From assembly GCA_024704765.1 (NCBI GenBank), contig JAKMXF010000311.1:1-64000 (forward strand): a DNA stretch of 64,000 nucleotides, read 5' to 3'. The DNA comes from Oopsacas minuta (Eukaryota > Animalia > Porifera). The position numbers were made by a program, and so were the translations under genes. A model generated the notes under the pieces. The model searched no databases. It saw only the letters and a program-made list of their open reading frames with translations, and was not told where the DNA came from. This document shows, one piece after another, positions 61,434-64,000 of the stretch. Position 1 is the first letter of the stretch; every line of letters begins with the position of its first letter.

Positions 61434-63029
61434 TTATACTTTCTTCTTTTTGCTACTTGAAGAGCCATCAGTATCTTCTGTTACCTGATTTATGGAAAAT
61501 AAATCCACTTCATTTCCAGAATGTTGGCGTTTGAGAATGCTACGACAACAAGAGCTACAAATATCACAACAATCATTTGAAGGGTTCGATACAACAGGTA
61601 GTTCTTCGTCAAGATTTGCGAGAAGTTGTTTCCTCCTACATTCATTAGAAGTAAGAAAGCTTTGAACTTTCTTAACCAGATTTGAGCAATGTTGGATGTA
61701 TGCTGGACTCTGTTTACGTGTTTTGGAAACTAATATTCGGTTAATTAAGCGAAAATCACTGCTTCTATAAAAAATAATACATCTACTGGGAGAACAGTCT
61801 CTACCAGCACGTCCAGCTTCCTGCATGTAACTTTCCAAGTCTTTGGGAGCTCCGTAATGGATAATTATCCTGACGTCAGGTTTATCTATGCCCATGCCAA
61901 AAGCAACGGTCGCTACAATGCATTCAATTTCACCACGCACGAATTTATCGTAAGTTTCTTTTCGATCTCTATCATTCATACCAGCATGATAACTATCGCA
62001 TTTCACTCCTAGATTCTTTAAATGTTTACAATAATACTCAGTGAGATCACGAGTGAGACAATACACAATACAAGGACCCCCAAAACTATATTTTTCTGGA
62101 AGAGATGGTGAGTTCGCATTGCGAAGCAGCTTTTTCATATCATGATCAATGCCTTGCTTGTTATGCACTTCAAAATACAGATTAGGCCGATTGAGTTTTA
62201 TTCTATGTAGCTTTGTATTCTTTAAAGAAAGAGATTGAATGATGTCTTTAGTTACAAAATTACCAGCTGTAGCTGTAAGGGCTAAAAACGGTACATCTGA
62301 GAGCCATTCACGAAGCAGTGACAACCTACCATACTTCGGACGAAAATCATGCCCCCAACATGAAACACAATGTGCTTCATCTATTGCTACTAAACATATG
62401 CGTACTTTACTATGTAGATCTAGTATAAATTCTTGTCCTCTGTTTATACAAAGTTCTGGCGTAATATACGCAATGTTAAATTCACTATTAAATAATCGTG
62501 CTAATGTTTTACCAGATTTAATACTAGTAGGAGAAAGTATCACAGCAGATATTCCTGATTCGGTCATGAGACGGAATTGGTCCAACATTAAAGATTTCAA
62601 TGGACTAATTACCAAAGCTAGAGAATTAGTATAGACTGGTACGAATTGATAGCATATACTTTTACCAAATCCACTTGGGGCTATAAAGAATTGATCGATA
62701 ATTTTAGAAGGATCCCTACTACTGTTAAGGTAATCTAGGATTACACTGATAATCTTCCATTGTTTTGCTCTAAATTCGTTGTGATTAAATTTTGACTTGA
62801 GAACTTCAAGATGAGATTGATTTGGGGGAAAATGGGGGGGACTTGGTTGAGTTGTTTGGTTTGGCAAGCAAGCTGTTTGAGTGGTAACTTGACAATTATC
62901 CGCTTCAGTAGTTAGTGATAGTTGCGGGATATTCTCACAGTCTATATTATCATAATCTGATTCACTACCTAAAACATCATCTTCGTAATATACATCAGGG
63001 CTTGATAATATCTCATCATCATCATCCAT
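61434..63029 (-). CDS. RecQ-family (WRN-like) helicase: helicase core plus Zn-binding region only, acidic N-terminus, C-terminal KKKKV
   Basis: APSGFGKS, DEAHCVSCWGHDFRP, TATA, YHAGM, ATVAFGMGIDKPDVR, HYGAPKDLESYMQEAGRAGRD, CRR..CCDIC. Confidence 0.92.
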   Translation of the reverse strand: MDDDDEILSSPDVYYEDDVLGSESDYDNIDCENIPQLSLTTEADNCQVTTQTACLPNQTTQPSPPHFPPNQSHLEVLKSKFNHNEFRAKQWKIISVILDYLNSSRDPSKIIDQFFIAPSGFGKSICYQFVPVYTNSLALVISPLKSLMLDQFRLMTESGISAVILSPTSIKSGKTLARLFNSEFNIAYITPELCINRGQEFILDLHSKVRICLVAIDEAHCVSCWGHDFRPKYGRLSLLREWLSDVPFLALTATAGNFVTKDIIQSLSLKNTKLHRIKLNRPNLYFEVHNKQGIDHDMKKLLRNANSPSLPEKYSFGGPCIVYCLTRDLTEYYCKHLKNLGVKCDSYHAGMNDRDRKETYDKFVRGEIECIVATVAFGMGIDKPDVRIIIHYGAPKDLESYMQEAGRAGRDCSPSRCIIFYRSSDFRLINRILVSKTRKQSPAYIQHCSNLVKKVQSFLTSNECRRKQLLANLDEELPVVSNPSNDCCDICSSCCRSILKRQHSGNEVDLFSINQVTEDTDGSSSSKKKKV

Positions 63030-63055
63030 TACCAACTATTCAAATAAGTTATTAA

Positions 63056-63579
63056 TCTATATTATTAAATTGTCATTTTTGCCTATTTGTTTGTTTGTTT
63101 GCCCGTTGTCAAGGGAAGGATTTATGGAATGTTGTATCTAATTCGAATTTATCAATATAGAGATGTCGCCTAACTATGTATTTATCGTGTATAACAGAAA
63201 GTATTAAAACTTGACCAATATATCGAATGTGCTGAATCTGATTTTCACACTTTTGAATTAATCATATGTAAAATTATTGTTGTTTTTATGAATATAAAGT
63301 AAACAAATAGTTGAAATCTTAAAATGTACTTAGAGACTTGCTCTTATCGGCTACATGGGGGTAACATAGTACGCTGAATCTGAATTTCGGGTTTTCAAGT
63401 TTCTCATATGTAAACTTTTGGTGTTTTTATTAATATATAGTAGACAAATAGTTGAAATATTTATGTATTAATTCATTTTGCAATTTTATACTTTGTAAAT
63501 TCGAGGCACGAAGTGTCGAGTCCTATACGGACACAAAATGTTCGCAAGCCGCGCAGCGGCGAGTAAGCAAAGAGACTCG
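63056..63579 (+). mobile_element. Non-autonomous Helitron just upstream of the RecQ ATG
   Basis: A|TCTATATTATTAAA, (TTTG)n, family internal blocks, 3' CTCG|T. Confidence 0.75.
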
Positions 63580-64000
63580 TTAATAATTAATGCATATCTA
63601 TGATTAATGGCATACACTCATTCTAACTCTCGTATGCGGAAAATCAATTTAGTACAATGAGGGGAAAGAATTGAGGATAAGCAGTTTGGAGATCGATGCA
63701 CCTAATAAAATTGAGCATTGTATATTCATATGTTCAACCTGTTTACATATATAGCAAGACAGCTCCAAAATAATAGGAAACCTATTTAGTTCCCTAAAAT
63801 TTGGGGGCTATTATAGCCCACCCGGTTGTATATGCCCCTTCGATTAATGCATTAAAAGACATCACTTATATTACGTTTAGTTAGGAAAATAATCAATTAA
63901 TTTAGATTTTTGTATAATACTCAAATTACCCAATAAAAGGTACAGTCAATTTTGTCTATATGACTATATCTAATACTAATAATATAGGGCATATACTAGG

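Noticed and set aside
61434-63029. RecQ as the cargo helicase of an Academ-type transposon
   Set aside because: Motifs are canonical WRN-like, and no transposase or TIRs flank it.
1-64000. tRNA, rRNA or snRNA genes
   Set aside because: No cloverleaf or conserved rRNA/snRNA motif seen; GGTTCGA hits at 40443 and ~61583 lack tRNA structure.

Overview
AT-rich eukaryotic (animal) genomic DNA from a draft scaffold, with single-N joins at 4615, 11059 and 27825, an 897-N gap at 7838-8734, and a Tn5/Nextera adapter remnant. The gene content and compact, often intronless genes suggest an early-branching animal such as a sponge (inference only). Genes in order: a giant ankyrin-repeat ORF (one in-frame stop, cut at a join); a transposon nest (FLYWCH-MULE-RING transposase split by a Charlie-type hAT, plus a ZMYM/TTF-type hAT); a six-exon adhesion GPCR (SRCR-3xIg-GAIN/GPS-7TM); a 3' fragment of a very-large-GTPase/vWA gene; an RBR E3 ligase with a 39-bp-repeat N-terminus; an ependymin-like secreted protein; a five-exon TRPA-like channel; a ~2,240-aa HTH-like/degenerate GTPase/VLIG GTPase/Zn/vWA gene broken by three frameshifts; three tandem sugar-porter-family MFS genes (one a pseudogene); and a minimal WRN-like RecQ helicase. 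Intergenic DNA holds many MITEs and a non-autonomous Helitron family. The best candidate for a new system is the duplicated VLIG-GTPase-vWA gene with its CCCC insert, which sits beside an RBR ligase and an SRCR/Ig receptor. All calls come from motif recognition by eye; no database search was run.
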